Origin: Promethearchaeota archaeon
GTDB taxonomy: Archaea > Asgardarchaeota > Lokiarchaeia > Sigyniarchaeales > SOKP01
Reading direction: 5' to 3'
DNA: 64,000 nt
Assembly (NCBI GenBank): GCA_048941265.1
Contig: JBHLNT010000006.1
Coordinates: forward strand, 12,933 to 76,932
The position numbers were made by a program, and so were the translations under genes. The notes under the pieces are model-generated. The model did no database searches, was not told the origin of the DNA, and worked only from the letters and a program-made list of their open reading frames with translations. Shown here one piece after another: positions 1 through 10,817 of the stretch (its first letter is position 1; each line of letters starts with the position of its first letter).

Positions 1-1
1 C

Positions 2-646
2 TTTTCATTCGAAGATCTTTTTTACGGAAAAGAATTAAATGAGGATGAAATAAGTTTATTGAAAGAATTATTAGAAAATCTAATAAAGGAGAGGAAATTA
101 AAAGGTACTTTTGATATTAAAACAAATACATTTTCAAGCGAAGAACTATTGTTTGAATTTGATTATAATACTGTAATAGATGATTTTAGAAAAGTCGTGA
201 ATAAACACATAAAAAAATTTACCATAGAATTTCAGAAAATTAAGCAAATATTGTCTAAACAAGATGAGACAATATTCCCTCAAGAAATAAAAATCATTCA
301 AGATACAATTGATAGAATTAACTTAAATTATGTAAAATGGAGGGCTCAACTAAATGCTTATGTAATTGAAGCTAATAAAAAATTGCTCCAAAACCAAGGA
401 TTTAGTTTTAAGAGATATCAAAACCTACCAGCTGAAAAAAAAAATGACGTGAAGATCTTTAAAGAGGATCCAGATGTTTATGAGTTATTAGATAAATTTG
501 AACAATGGGTAAAAGTATTTAACGAAATTGAACAAAATTATGGAAAAATAATTTTTCTTCAAAAACGATTGATAAATAACCCAGAAGATAAAGAAGCTAA
601 AAATAACCTTAATGAGCTGCTGGTAAATTTAAGTTTAAATTCTTAA
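2..646 (+). CDS. C-terminal part of a probable PCI/winged-helix-containing helical protein (5'-truncated by window edge)
   Basis: Frame is open from position 2 into ORF 59..646; 'NLIKERKLKGTFDIKTNTF' resembles the C-terminal motif of PCI/winged-helix domains; remainder is helical or coiled-coil. Confidence 0.5.
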   Translation, partial: FSFEDLFYGKELNEDEISLLKELLENLIKERKLKGTFDIKTNTFSSEELLFEFDYNTVIDDFRKVVNKHIKKFTIEFQKIKQILSKQDETIFPQEIKIIQDTIDRINLNYVKWRAQLNAYVIEANKKLLQNQGFSFKRYQNLPAEKKNDVKIFKEDPDVYELLDKFEQWVKVFNEIEQNYGKIIFLQKRLINNPEDKEAKNNLNELLVNLSLNS

Positions 647-658
647 ACGTTTTTTTGT

Positions 659-943
659 CTATTTTTTATCTTTATCAATTTGATTGATAAACTTATCGAC
701 ATCAATTTTATTTTCTACTTTAATTTTATACGTTTTTGGCTTCAATATACCATTTTCTTCAAGAATACCTTCCTTAGCAAGAAAATCAAGCGAACGCCAA
801 ATAAAATTAATTTTAGACCGGTTCGAAGATTTAATATTATAACATCTTCTAATCCTTTTAGTATTAACAATACAAACATTATTATCCATTAATTTATTAA
901 TAGCCTCAAGCGTCTCTTTAACGTTTTTCAAAAAAAAATCCAT
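659..943 (-). CDS. small basic hypothetical protein, possibly winged-helix DNA-binding
   Basis: 94 aa ORF; 'IWRSLDFLAKEGILE...PKTYKI' fits a wHTH recognition helix plus wing pattern. Confidence 0.5.
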   Translation of the reverse strand: MDFFLKNVKETLEAINKLMDNNVCIVNTKRIRRCYNIKSSNRSKINFIWRSLDFLAKEGILEENGILKPKTYKIKVENKIDVDKFINQIDKDKK

Positions 944-1252
944 TTAAGCTGAGTACCTCGTAAAAGCTCTAAATTGAGATGTATAATAATTTTAATTAGT
1001 TAAATTATTCAAGTAAAAAATTGGGTTTAAAAGTGTGATTGATTATTATAGTATATAAATTTATATTTTTAGGAGTTTATATAGTTTTTTTCTTTAAAAA
1101 GGATTCTTTTTAATTAATGAAGCTTATTAAGATTTTAATTTTAATAACATAAATCATGGAAAATCTGGAAGAATTCTAGATAAATGGCTCTGCATTTTGA
1201 AGATAATTTCTTTTTATAAAGGGAATTATGATATAAAAAACTAAAATATTAT

Positions 1253-2881
1253 TTAATGGCGAAATACTCTCTTTCCACAAAAGATTAGGGCACAACCTAG
1301 CTCATCAGCTCGTTTAATAATCATATCATCTCTTATAGAACCTCCGGGATTAATTATTGCTTTTGCCCCTGCTTCTATTGCTGCTTCTAGACCATCCGGG
1401 AAGGGGAAAAACGAATCTGTTCCCATTAAGGAATTTTTAAGCTCTTCTTTATGCCCAAATTCTATGGCTTTTTGTATAGCTAATTTCACAACATGGACAC
1501 GACTTTGCTGACCGGCACCAATTCCAATGGAATAAACTCCTGTATCATAAACTTGAGCAAAACAGGCGGAATTTGATTTGGCCCACTTAGATACTTTATA
1601 CGCAAAAATTAAGGCTTCTTTTTCATTTTCATCAACCTGTTTTTTACTGACTACATTCCATTCTTTAATGACAGGTTTAAAGTCATATTCTTGAACTAGA
1701 ACACCTCCCAAGGTGGAACGAATTTCAAAATTTTTATAAATCTCTTCCCTTTTATCAAGTAGATCTCCGTACTCTAAAATTCTCATATTTTCTCTCGTTT
1801 TTAATATATCTAGAGCCTCAGGATCAAATGAGGGAGCAATAAGAACTTCTACAAATATTTTTTCTTTATTTACAATAAAATCAGCAATTTCTCTGGTTAA
1901 TTTTTGATTTACACCCCAAATTCCTCCAAATGCGGATAAGGGGTCGCAACTAAAAGCCATTTGAACGGATTTTAATTGGTCTTTTCTATCAATTGCTATC
2001 CCATTTGGAGAAGTATGCTTTAAAATAGCTGTTACGTAATGTTCCTTCCCAAAATCTAGAAGCATCTGTAAACAAGCGTCAATATCCAAGTAATTATTAA
2101 AAGAAATTTCTTTTCCACTTAATTGCTTTAAATTATGAAGCCCATATTTAGCAGATAAATCTCTATAATATGCTGCTGCTTGATCCCAATTTTCTCCGTA
2201 TCTACAATCTTGGACTTTTTCATAAATTTTATATAATCTGGCTCCCATTTTCACTTCGGGATTATAATAGTGCTGTAGATAATTAGCTATCGTAAAATTA
2301 TAATCAGCCATAATCGCAAACACTTCTTGAGCTAAAGCAGCTCGAGTTTTTTCTGTTATTGCCCCTCTATTTTTTCTCATCTCGTTAATTATTTCATCAT
2401 AATATTCGGGACTTGGAACCACAATAACATCCGGAAAATTCTTTGCAGCAGATCTAATCATCGTCGGACCTCCTATGTCAATCATCTCTAATGCTTCTTC
2501 TAAAGTGATATCTGGTTTCTCAATAGCTTCTTTAAACTGATATAAATTGCACACCACCATATCAATTGGGCGGATATGAAATCTTTCTGCTTCATCTATA
2601 TCTTTTTGAATATCTCGACGAAGTAAGATTCCTCCTTCTATCTTTGGGTGTAAAGTCTTAACTCTGCCATCAAACATTTCAGGAGACTGAGTATAATCCG
2701 AAATTTTTATATATTTTATTCCATTTTGTTCTAATAGTTTACCAGTGCCTCCAGTTGATAAAATTTCAACTTTAAATTCATTAATCAATACTTTTACAAA
2801 TTCTAATAATTTGTTTTTATCAAATACACTTATAATTGCGCGTTCAATTTTTTTCATGGAAACCAAACCTAATATAATCAA
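1253..2881 (-). CDS. purH: bifunctional AICAR transformylase / IMP cyclohydrolase
   Basis: Motifs AIISVFDK, STGGT, GRVKTLHP, IDIGGPTMIRSAAKN, RYGEN, GAGQQSRV, DSFFPFPDG, PGGSIRD, RVFRH. True start is probably the ATG of MKKIERA near 2857. Confidence 0.96.
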   Translation of the reverse strand: MIILGLVSMKKIERAIISVFDKNKLLEFVKVLINEFKVEILSTGGTGKLLEQNGIKYIKISDYTQSPEMFDGRVKTLHPKIEGGILLRRDIQKDIDEAERFHIRPIDMVVCNLYQFKEAIEKPDITLEEALEMIDIGGPTMIRSAAKNFPDVIVVPSPEYYDEIINEMRKNRGAITEKTRAALAQEVFAIMADYNFTIANYLQHYYNPEVKMGARLYKIYEKVQDCRYGENWDQAAAYYRDLSAKYGLHNLKQLSGKEISFNNYLDIDACLQMLLDFGKEHYVTAILKHTSPNGIAIDRKDQLKSVQMAFSCDPLSAFGGIWGVNQKLTREIADFIVNKEKIFVEVLIAPSFDPEALDILKTRENMRILEYGDLLDKREEIYKNFEIRSTLGGVLVQEYDFKPVIKEWNVVSKKQVDENEKEALIFAYKVSKWAKSNSACFAQVYDTGVYSIGIGAGQQSRVHVVKLAIQKAIEFGHKEELKNSLMGTDSFFPFPDGLEAAIEAGAKAIINPGGSIRDDMIIKRADELGCALIFCGKRVFRH

Positions 2882-3006
2882 TTGAAATTATAATAACATT
2901 TTAGATTAATATTCGATGGGGTTAAAACTTAATTAATTAGAGGTAAATAAAAAAAATGCTTAGAGCTTTGAATTTTAGAATGTTTTTATTAATTAAAATC
3001 TCTATT

Positions 3007-4104
3007 TTATTTTAGGTTGGGTAAATCTCTAATCACATCTTTTCCATGCTCGACCAATTCCGGATTTTTGAGCAAATTTACACCACATTCTGTTAATATT
3101 GCTTTTTTCTCTTCTTCATTAAATATATTTGCTTCAAATCTTTGAAATTTGATATATTCTATGGCCAAATTTGCTTTTAATAATTCATGAAAAATTAATC
3201 GTATATCCATATTACACCCTGCAATTAATAATTCATCAGTTTTGCGTTTAATGGCATTTTTGATAATCGATCCGATTGTAGCGCTGATCCGAGGGATTAC
3301 ATATTGCATAATTGAGGTTGTAGCTACTATAGCGACTTTTTGTAAAATATTTATCCACCGATTATTATCAACATTATAAATAACCCAATCCACCTCAAAT
3401 CCAAATTTTTTATCTGCTTCAATAAATTCTAGGTATTCAATTTCTTCAATTTCATTATTAGCCTTGAATGCGAGACTAATTTCCCTTAATTCATCTATAT
3501 ATAGAATTTCTCCGTCTTGATTGGTATACTCTTTAATATTTTCTTTTGAAATTTGAAAAAGTTCAAAACACATAAGTATAGCAGTTTTGACTATACTTGA
3601 AGGATTTTTTATAGTTGATTTGAGGGTCTCAAGGGATTTTCTAGCCATTCTCATGTATTCTAAGAGTTCATCTTGATTTTTAATATTAATTTTTGCCGCA
3701 AGTGCTTTAGGATCTTTATCGATAAATTCTAAAAATAAGCCTAAATTTTGTACTTGAGTCTGCTCGATTATATGATTTACATCCTTTTCTGATAAGCCTT
3801 TTTTAACTAAAAAGATTTTCAAAGGCCCTTCTCTTTCAGCTAATTTTACCTTCTTTTCTTCAACTTTTTCACGCAATTTTTTAACTGCTTTTATAACTCT
3901 TCTGTCTTTTTGATTATCAAGCTCATCAATATTAATTAATTTTTCTTCTTGAAAACCTGGAAAAAATCTATCATCTAATTTTAAATTTTTAGGATCAAAT
4001 TCTTCATTGGGGCTGAAAATTGTAGAAAATGCGAAACGCAAACTGCCTCTTACGTCAACCATACTTAATTCCCATTCATGTAGAAAATTTAATAAATAAT
4101 ACAA
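3007..4104 (-). CDS. hypothetical protein
   Basis: Long ORF co-directional with guaB and purH; no recognisable motif; start may be the internal ATG (MVDVRG). Confidence 0.7.
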   Translation of the reverse strand: MYYLLNFLHEWELSMVDVRGSLRFAFSTIFSPNEEFDPKNLKLDDRFFPGFQEEKLINIDELDNQKDRRVIKAVKKLREKVEEKKVKLAEREGPLKIFLVKKGLSEKDVNHIIEQTQVQNLGLFLEFIDKDPKALAAKINIKNQDELLEYMRMARKSLETLKSTIKNPSSIVKTAILMCFELFQISKENIKEYTNQDGEILYIDELREISLAFKANNEIEEIEYLEFIEADKKFGFEVDWVIYNVDNNRWINILQKVAIVATTSIMQYVIPRISATIGSIIKNAIKRKTDELLIAGCNMDIRLIFHELLKANLAIEYIKFQRFEANIFNEEEKKAILTECGVNLLKNPELVEHGKDVIRDLPNLK

Positions 4105-4204
4105 GAATTTGCTTATAATATTTTGTAAAATCTTTCTATTAAGTTTTAATTTAAAATAAAAGTCAACTTTAACTGAGAATTAGTATAAATAAGGATTTGA
4201 TAAG

Positions 4205-5671
4205 TTAATATTTACCTAATAAATCATGTGGTCTTGCCTCTGTTTGTCCTATGGCAGAAATTACTCCCATTTTAGCATTTCTCATTTTTCGGAGATTTTG
4301 AGCTCCTGCATATATCATTCCATTAGCTAAACCTTCTTTTAGTGTTTCTAACATGCTTTCCAAAGGTCCCGTAAAGGGTACATGATCAGAAACACCCTCA
4401 GGAAGCATTTTTGCTTCTATGCTATATCTATCTAATACATAATTAGTAGTTCGCGCTTCTTTCGAACCCATACCTCTATAAATCTTTACTTTTCTTCCTT
4501 GTATTGTGTCTAAGTACCCAGGGCTTTCAGTCGTACCTGCAAAGAAATGTCCTGACATAATCATATCGGCTCCAACTGCGAAAGCTTTTGGTAGATCTCC
4601 TGGATTTTTGAAGCCTCCATCTGCAATTAAACCCATCTCTGGGTTATAATCGGCTATAGCATCTGCAACTTCAGCAGTAGCAAATAATGTAGGAGCTCCT
4701 ACACCAGTTTGGATAGAAGTTGTACATATAGATCCAGAGCCCATTCCAGCTTTCAATGCGATAACCTTATCAGGATAATCACATTTAGTTAAAATATATT
4801 CGGCCGCTTCATAGGTTCCAATATTACCGATCACGAAATCAGCTTCCAATAAATCCATTAATTTTCTTGTTCCTTCAATATCATCTTTTTTATAAAAATC
4901 TGCTACATCTATAAAAAATAGATCCGTAAATTGGTCAATTTCCTTAAGTTTTGAGATAGCCTCATGAGTGGTGGGACATTTAGGGCTAATTGCCAACGCA
5001 CATAACAAACGTCCCTCTTCGTCGATTGAAGCTAAAGGAAATTCTGGTTTTAAATCCTTTTTAGTAATTAATCCTTTTAAACTCCCATTATCTATAATTG
5101 GTAATTTTTCAATTCTATGCCTAAAGAGCATTTCTAAAGCCTCTTCACGGGACGCTCCCGGTTTGATTGAAACCACATCTTTAGTCATAAAATCTTTTAC
5201 GAGTCCCTTTTTGATTTCATCTTCTGAAAAAGGGATATCTCTTTTTGTAAAAATTCCACATACTTTATTTCCGTCATCAACCACTACAAGCCCATTTATA
5301 CTGTAAGTTTCCATAAAATTTTTTGCTTTATAGACAGATTCTTCAGGTGAAATCGTCGCAACATCTTCTATAACAAAAGATCGTGCTCTTTTTACATGGC
5401 GCACCATTTTTAATTGCTTTTCATAAGAACAGTTTCGATGTAAAACGCCTAGACCTCCAAACAAGGCCATTTTAATTGCCATTTCTTCTTCTGTGACGGT
5501 GTCCATTGCTGCTGACATTATAGGTAAATTAAATTTATATTTATCTCCCAAAATTGTGGAAATATCAACTTGGTTTGGCTCAAAGTTTGTATATCCCGGG
5601 AGGATAAGAACATCATCAAAAGTCGTTATTAACTCGTTTGTATGGGCTTTTTTACGAAAGTGATCTGTCAT
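4205..5671 (-). CDS. guaB: IMP dehydrogenase (IMPDH/GMPR family) with CBS pair
   Basis: TFDDVLILP, SAAMDTVTE, GGLGVLHRN, CBS pair, catalytic loop GMGSGSICTT, IADGG, YRGMGS, PEGV. Confidence 0.9.
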   Translation of the reverse strand: MTDHFRKKAHTNELITTFDDVLILPGYTNFEPNQVDISTILGDKYKFNLPIMSAAMDTVTEEEMAIKMALFGGLGVLHRNCSYEKQLKMVRHVKRARSFVIEDVATISPEESVYKAKNFMETYSINGLVVVDDGNKVCGIFTKRDIPFSEDEIKKGLVKDFMTKDVVSIKPGASREEALEMLFRHRIEKLPIIDNGSLKGLITKKDLKPEFPLASIDEEGRLLCALAISPKCPTTHEAISKLKEIDQFTDLFFIDVADFYKKDDIEGTRKLMDLLEADFVIGNIGTYEAAEYILTKCDYPDKVIALKAGMGSGSICTTSIQTGVGAPTLFATAEVADAIADYNPEMGLIADGGFKNPGDLPKAFAVGADMIMSGHFFAGTTESPGYLDTIQGRKVKIYRGMGSKEARTTNYVLDRYSIEAKMLPEGVSDHVPFTGPLESMLETLKEGLANGMIYAGAQNLRKMRNAKMGVISAIGQTEARPHDLLGKY

Positions 5672-5859
5672 TTTTAATTCACTAATTTGTAATATAATCT
5701 TGAGTATTAATTATAAAGATAATGCTAGGTTATAAATCTTTATCACTAAATAGAATATAAAAAGGAGAACTCTCATCATAATTTTCTCATTTTTATTAAT
5801 ATTTTGATAAAATTTAATTAGAGAAAATGAGAGCTTAATCTTCTTAGTCGATCAAAAGT

Positions 5860-7023
5860 CTACATAATTCTTGTAGTGATTTCAATCCCTCTTTTTGCTA
5901 ATTCCTCAATAAAGTAATCTCCAGGTATGGCTAATTCTACTGGGATAGCTCCCTTTTGGATTTTTCCTTGAGCCATCATAATTGCAACAATTGAGGCATC
6001 CCAGCCAGTAGTTCTTTCCATGGCAGTAAATCCTGTGCTCTCATCGTAATAATCAATTAATTCTAAAAGTACTTCTGCATCCTTTCCATCTTTTTTTCCT
6101 AAGCATTTTATTCTAATAACTACTAAATCTTTATTTCCAGGCACTACGACTTTAGGTTCTAAGAGAGTATGGAGTATCTTTCGGGGTATAACCTCTTGAT
6201 CATCAATTAATAGAGGATTTAAATCAAATAAACCTAGATCATACCAGGCTCTTAATTGTGCAAAATGCCCCGGATATCGAACTGTCTTATTTTGGTATGT
6301 GATAAGCTTTCCCTCAAATGTCCAGGGTGCTGTTGAAGTGCCTCCTCCTGTTGTAAAAGCTTCTAAGCGACCTATAGGAGGAGTAAAATCTATTGTTTCT
6401 AATTCTTCTAATGGTTGAATCTCAATAAGCTTGCCATCTCTTAAAAATATTGTGGGTTCTGCATACTCATTTGTCAAGCCCTCGATATTAAATGTCAAAA
6501 GATAATTAAAAGGAGGACGAGGATTCTGAGGTAAGCCTCCATCCCATATAAAAACCTCTCGTGGTTTATCTAATAGACTCATCGCATACACACATAATGT
6601 AGTTCCCATACCAGGTACTTGTCCACAGTCAGGAACAATGCTTATACCAACTTCTTTAGCATAAGTATTGAGTTTTAATTGTTCTTTAACCAAGTCTGTA
6701 TTGCCTCCAAGGTCACACATATTTGCTTTTGCTTCTATTGCTGCTTTCGCAATATCCAAATTATAATAGTAAGGGACAGAACTTAGAAATGAATCTACTC
6801 CAGTTAAAAAATCGACTAAAGAGGAATGATCTTTTACATCAATTTGCTTGGCTTTCGCTATTTTTTTATTGAGAATGCTATTAACTCTATTAGCGGCTTT
6901 TTCCGAATTTACAATAGAAATATCACCAATTAGAACCTTTTCCGCATTTCCCCGTTTCGCCATATCGTAAGCGGCAGCCGTTCCTTGCCTGCCAGCACCA
7001 ATAACTGCATAAATATAACCCAT
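5860..7023 (-). CDS. saccharopine dehydrogenase / lysine 6-dehydrogenase family oxidoreductase
   Basis: Rossmann motif GAGRQG, DLGG, PDCGQVPG, GGLPQNP..P.NY, NKTVRYPGH, TAMERTTG. Confidence 0.88.
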   Translation of the reverse strand: MGYIYAVIGAGRQGTAAAYDMAKRGNAEKVLIGDISIVNSEKAANRVNSILNKKIAKAKQIDVKDHSSLVDFLTGVDSFLSSVPYYYNLDIAKAAIEAKANMCDLGGNTDLVKEQLKLNTYAKEVGISIVPDCGQVPGMGTTLCVYAMSLLDKPREVFIWDGGLPQNPRPPFNYLLTFNIEGLTNEYAEPTIFLRDGKLIEIQPLEELETIDFTPPIGRLEAFTTGGGTSTAPWTFEGKLITYQNKTVRYPGHFAQLRAWYDLGLFDLNPLLIDDQEVIPRKILHTLLEPKVVVPGNKDLVVIRIKCLGKKDGKDAEVLLELIDYYDESTGFTAMERTTGWDASIVAIMMAQGKIQKGAIPVELAIPGDYFIEELAKRGIEITTRIM

Positions 7024-7096
7024 ATCTTATCCCAACTTAATAAATTTAATTAATATATGTTATTTAAATTATGCTTTAATTTTAAGGAATTAAAAA

Positions 7097-8008
7097 TCAC
7101 ATTCGGGTTAAATTTTTTCTTGACATGTTCTGAATTCTTGGATTATTAATGAATGCATCCAAGGTTTTAATGAATTTCTCTCTATCTTCTTTAATATTAG
7201 ATGATTCTATAGCACAATAGTTAGACACGTGATCGTTAAAAACCTGCGAAGTGACATTATTTCCTAACTTTGCAATAATCTCTCTTTCTTCTTTTAGATT
7301 ATCCACTGGTCTTAATAATTCAAATTCACCAGCCTTCCATTCTTTCCATAAAGGTGTATTAGGCATAATATTTAGAGTTCGGAATCGAAAGATAGTTGGA
7401 TTAATCTCCGTCAGGACTCTTGCCGTCTCTTTGACATGCTCTTCAGAAAATTTGTAACTACCAAGACCGAGAATAATATATAAACTTAATTTAATTCCAG
7501 CATTTAGTATTTTTTTGCCTGCTTTTATCATGGATTCCGCATTTGTACCTTTTTTCATAATTCTTAAAATTTTACTAGAACCGCTTTCTAAACCCATGTA
7601 AACTATATCTAAACCAGCGTCGGCTAAGTTTTTTAATTCTTCCTTTGTTTTTCTTAAAATATCTAAAGCTTTAGCATAACAACTAATTCGAGGTACATTT
7701 CTAAGTTTAATCCTCACATATTTAATAATTTGAATTAAATAATCTGTCGGTGCTGATGTCGGGTTTCCTCCCGCTAAAAAAACCGGAAATCCATGATAAT
7801 TCATGTCAGCATATCTATCAATATCACTCAATACATCTTCTAAAGGTCTTATAGCATAATCTTGGCCTCCACCATAAATACCCTTATAAGTTCCGCAAAA
7901 TCTACATTGGTTCCATGAACAGCCACCTGTAACCGCAATTAAAACTGAATAGGCTTCGACCGGTGGTCGAATAATTATTTGTTCTGGAGGGAGTTTATTG
8001 CTTATCAA
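7097..8008 (-). CDS. radical SAM protein
   Basis: CxxxCxxC motif (CSWNQCRFC), N-terminal IRPP.EA.S, YMGLESG, C-terminal DHVSNY; paralog of 16263..17180. Confidence 0.9.
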   Translation of the reverse strand: MISNKLPPEQIIIRPPVEAYSVLIAVTGGCSWNQCRFCGTYKGIYGGGQDYAIRPLEDVLSDIDRYADMNYHGFPVFLAGGNPTSAPTDYLIQIIKYVRIKLRNVPRISCYAKALDILRKTKEELKNLADAGLDIVYMGLESGSSKILRIMKKGTNAESMIKAGKKILNAGIKLSLYIILGLGSYKFSEEHVKETARVLTEINPTIFRFRTLNIMPNTPLWKEWKAGEFELLRPVDNLKEEREIIAKLGNNVTSQVFNDHVSNYCAIESSNIKEDREKFIKTLDAFINNPRIQNMSRKNLTRM

Positions 8009-8204
8009 TTTCTACTCAAACTTTTATTATTAATAAAATAAAATCAAAAAAAGTGCTTTTATCTATAATATTTAATATAATTCCCTAATTTAGATTTTTA
8101 CCTTATAAAATAATATCGTTTTCGATTATTTTTTTTGTCAAGCACAATTTATATTTTTATAAAAAAAATTTTTACCTCGAGTATTATTTAGGTCTTATGT
8201 AAGT

Positions 8205-8798
8205 ATGATTATTCCGGAAGAAAATATTAGTTATGCTTTTAAGATTGTGTTAATAGGCGCTCCGGGAGTAGGAAAAACTTGTTTATTTAACAGGTATTGT
8301 TTTAATTCATTTGATCTGAATACTAAAATGACTTTGGGAATAAGTTTTCATTCTACCTACTTAAGGATCAAGTTTCTAAAAATTCAAAGTAAAAATGAAT
8401 TATATGCAGTTAATTCTATTTTCGACTTTGGAGGTCAAGAACGTTTTAGACCCATGATACCAAAATTTTTAGAGGGTGCGAACGGGGCATTACTTGTTTT
8501 TGATTTAGTTAATTTTTCGTCATTTCAGCAATTAGAATATTGGTATAATATGCTAATTAGCCATACTGGAAGCTTAAATATACCAATTTTATTAATTGGG
8601 AGTAAAAGTGATTTATTGGATAAAACACCTGAAGCAGAATTAATTAGTGATGAACATATAATGGATTTTGTCAAATCGAAAGAATTGGATGGATATTACA
8701 AAACAAGTGCGTTAGAGAATTATAATATTTTAGAAGTATTTAAAACCTTAACTAATTTAATGTTAAAAATTCATAATTCTGGGGCAGTTGTAATATAA
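8205..8798 (+). CDS. Rab/Ras-like small GTPase
   Basis: G1 GAPGVGKT, G3 DFGGQERF, G4 variant GSKSD, G5 TSA. Confidence 0.9.
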   Translation: MIIPEENISYAFKIVLIGAPGVGKTCLFNRYCFNSFDLNTKMTLGISFHSTYLRIKFLKIQSKNELYAVNSIFDFGGQERFRPMIPKFLEGANGALLVFDLVNFSSFQQLEYWYNMLISHTGSLNIPILLIGSKSDLLDKTPEAELISDEHIMDFVKSKELDGYYKTSALENYNILEVFKTLTNLMLKIHNSGAVVI

Positions 8799-8819
8799 AA
8801 AGATTAAGAGGTCTTTTCC

Positions 8820-9899
8820 TCAAACCCCACGTAAATAGATGAAATCGCTGAATTCATTAAAAAATTCCTTTTGCTCTCTATTAAGGTCGGGATAAATATC
8901 TCGTAAAAATTCTTTGGCTTCCTGTACTAAATTTTTACTAAAATGCTCTGCTATTATAATAGCATTGGTTTCAGCAAAAATTTTCATAACTTCATTAAGA
9001 TCGCTTTTGGTTAGTTCCGGTTTTCTATATATTTCATTTAAGATTCTTGATTGGTCCTCATCTGTATTTTGTACAGCTAAAATATAGATAAATTTTTTCT
9101 TTCTGTCTTTTATATCATTCTCTATATCGAGAATATCATCACGTATAGCATGAGCCTGACCTATTCTTAACATGGCTTCAGATAAAGGTTTTATCTGGTA
9201 ATGTATATTTCCTCTTGCTAAAATAGCTCCAATTTTAGTAGATTTTTCTAAAACTCTTGCCCTTTGCATTTCAGCAATGGACAGATATTGTTCTAAAGTC
9301 ATTGTAATATTATGATATTCCATATATTCTTCAATAATCATACCTTTCATTAAATAATCCATTGCTTCAGAATACTCATTTATTGCTAATAGTTTTTGTT
9401 GATCCGGGAATTTAGAAGATCGAATTATGTCCAATCCAGTAATATAACCAAGAGAGCCTCCAAGAATACTTAAATCCCGTCCATATAGTTTAGTTAGTTT
9501 TTCCTTATCAGACATATCAAATGCTTTATAGACTTTATTAATTTCATTCTGCAATTGTTTATGGAAAGCTGGTTCTCCCCTTCTCATATCATCATTATCT
9601 ATTAAATCATCATGAATTAAATGCCCGCTGTGAAGAAACTCTACTGCTATAGCCACTTTTCTTATTTCCCTTACATTTTCTTCTAAATACATTGGATTAA
9701 TAATGCCATTAAACGCAGCAACTAAAAGAATAGGATGGATACGTTTAGCTTTGCTTTTTTCTGGTATAATGAAATTTTTCATTTGATTATTGAAATCGGC
9801 AAAAAGGAGCTCTTTTTCTTTTTTATTAAGTTTATCAAAAAATTTTTCTAATTCTAAATTAATCGCTTCTCTTTCAGAGTTAAAGAATTCTTCAATCAT
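8820..9899 (-). CDS. polyprenyl diphosphate synthase (GGPP synthase family)
   Basis: KRIHP, first Asp-rich motif LIHDDLIDNDDMRRG, second motif IRDDILD. Confidence 0.88.
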   Translation of the reverse strand: MIEEFFNSEREAINLELEKFFDKLNKKEKELLFADFNNQMKNFIIPEKSKAKRIHPILLVAAFNGIINPMYLEENVREIRKVAIAVEFLHSGHLIHDDLIDNDDMRRGEPAFHKQLQNEINKVYKAFDMSDKEKLTKLYGRDLSILGGSLGYITGLDIIRSSKFPDQQKLLAINEYSEAMDYLMKGMIIEEYMEYHNITMTLEQYLSIAEMQRARVLEKSTKIGAILARGNIHYQIKPLSEAMLRIGQAHAIRDDILDIENDIKDRKKKFIYILAVQNTDEDQSRILNEIYRKPELTKSDLNEVMKIFAETNAIIIAEHFSKNLVQEAKEFLRDIYPDLNREQKEFFNEFSDFIYLRGV

Positions 9900-10027
9900 C
9901 TAAAACCATCCAGTTTTGTTAAAACCAATAATTTAATTAAATAAATATTATAATTATTTATCTTTTTTTTGTAAAAGTAAATTTTAATTATTGAACCATC
10001 TTAATCTAATTCATTAAAATAAAAATA

Positions 10028-10546
10028 ATGATTAAAAAAATGAAGTTAGCAGTTATTTCAGACACACACGATCATAAGGACAATATTTTAAAAGCAGTTT
10101 CCATAATGAACGAAAGAAATGTTGATGCTTTAATACACTGTGGCGATTATGTAGCCCCTTTTGTAAAGAGATGGTTTGATGGATTAAAAACCAACATAAA
10201 AAAGAATTTTTATGGAGTTTGGGGCAATAATGATGGAGAAAGAGTGTTTTTAATGCAAAATCTTGGACAGATCTGCAATATAGTAGGGATGGAAATTAAT
10301 AATGATTTTGATGGCAGAAGAGTTTTTGCAGCTCATATGCCAACACAGGAAACTATAGACGCTTTAGCAAATTCCAAGAAATATGACATAATATTATCAG
10401 GTCATACCCATGCTGTAGTAAATAAAAAGTATGAAAACGGAGTTTTAGTCATAAATCCCGGAGAAGCATGTGGATATTTATCTGGAAAGGCAACTTTTGC
10501 TATTATCGATACAGATAAAATGATAGCTGAAATAATAGAACTATAA
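10028..10546 (+). CDS. YfcE/MJ0936-family metallophosphoesterase
   Basis: SDTHD, HCGD, GNND, SGHTH, INPGE motifs. Confidence 0.92.
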   Translation: MIKKMKLAVISDTHDHKDNILKAVSIMNERNVDALIHCGDYVAPFVKRWFDGLKTNIKKNFYGVWGNNDGERVFLMQNLGQICNIVGMEINNDFDGRRVFAAHMPTQETIDALANSKKYDIILSGHTHAVVNKKYENGVLVINPGEACGYLSGKATFAIIDTDKMIAEIIEL

Positions 10547-10600
10547 GAATTTTTTTTATAACATCTTTTTTTTATTTTTTTAAATTTATAAAAATTCTTT

Positions 10601-10756
10601 AGACCACTGTTAGGTAACATCAGTGATTATTCAAGTGGTAAAATATTTTGTGAAAAAACATAAGCATTGGCAATGAAATTGAAATTGGAAGAAGATATTC
10701 AAGTCCAACAAGAAAATCTAGAATATATCAATCGAAAATTAGACAAACAGGCTTAG
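10601..10756 (+). pseudogene. possible decayed gene fragment (TPR-like C-terminus)
   Basis: Intergenic frame reads ...LGNISDYSSGKIFCEKT*ALAMKLKLEEDIQVQQENLEYINRKLDKQA*, protein-like with one internal TAA and no start codon. Confidence 0.3.
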
Positions 10757-10817
10757 TTTATTGAATTAAAAACATATAAATAAAAATCTTTATTTTTAGC
10801 ATTTTATTCTAATTATT

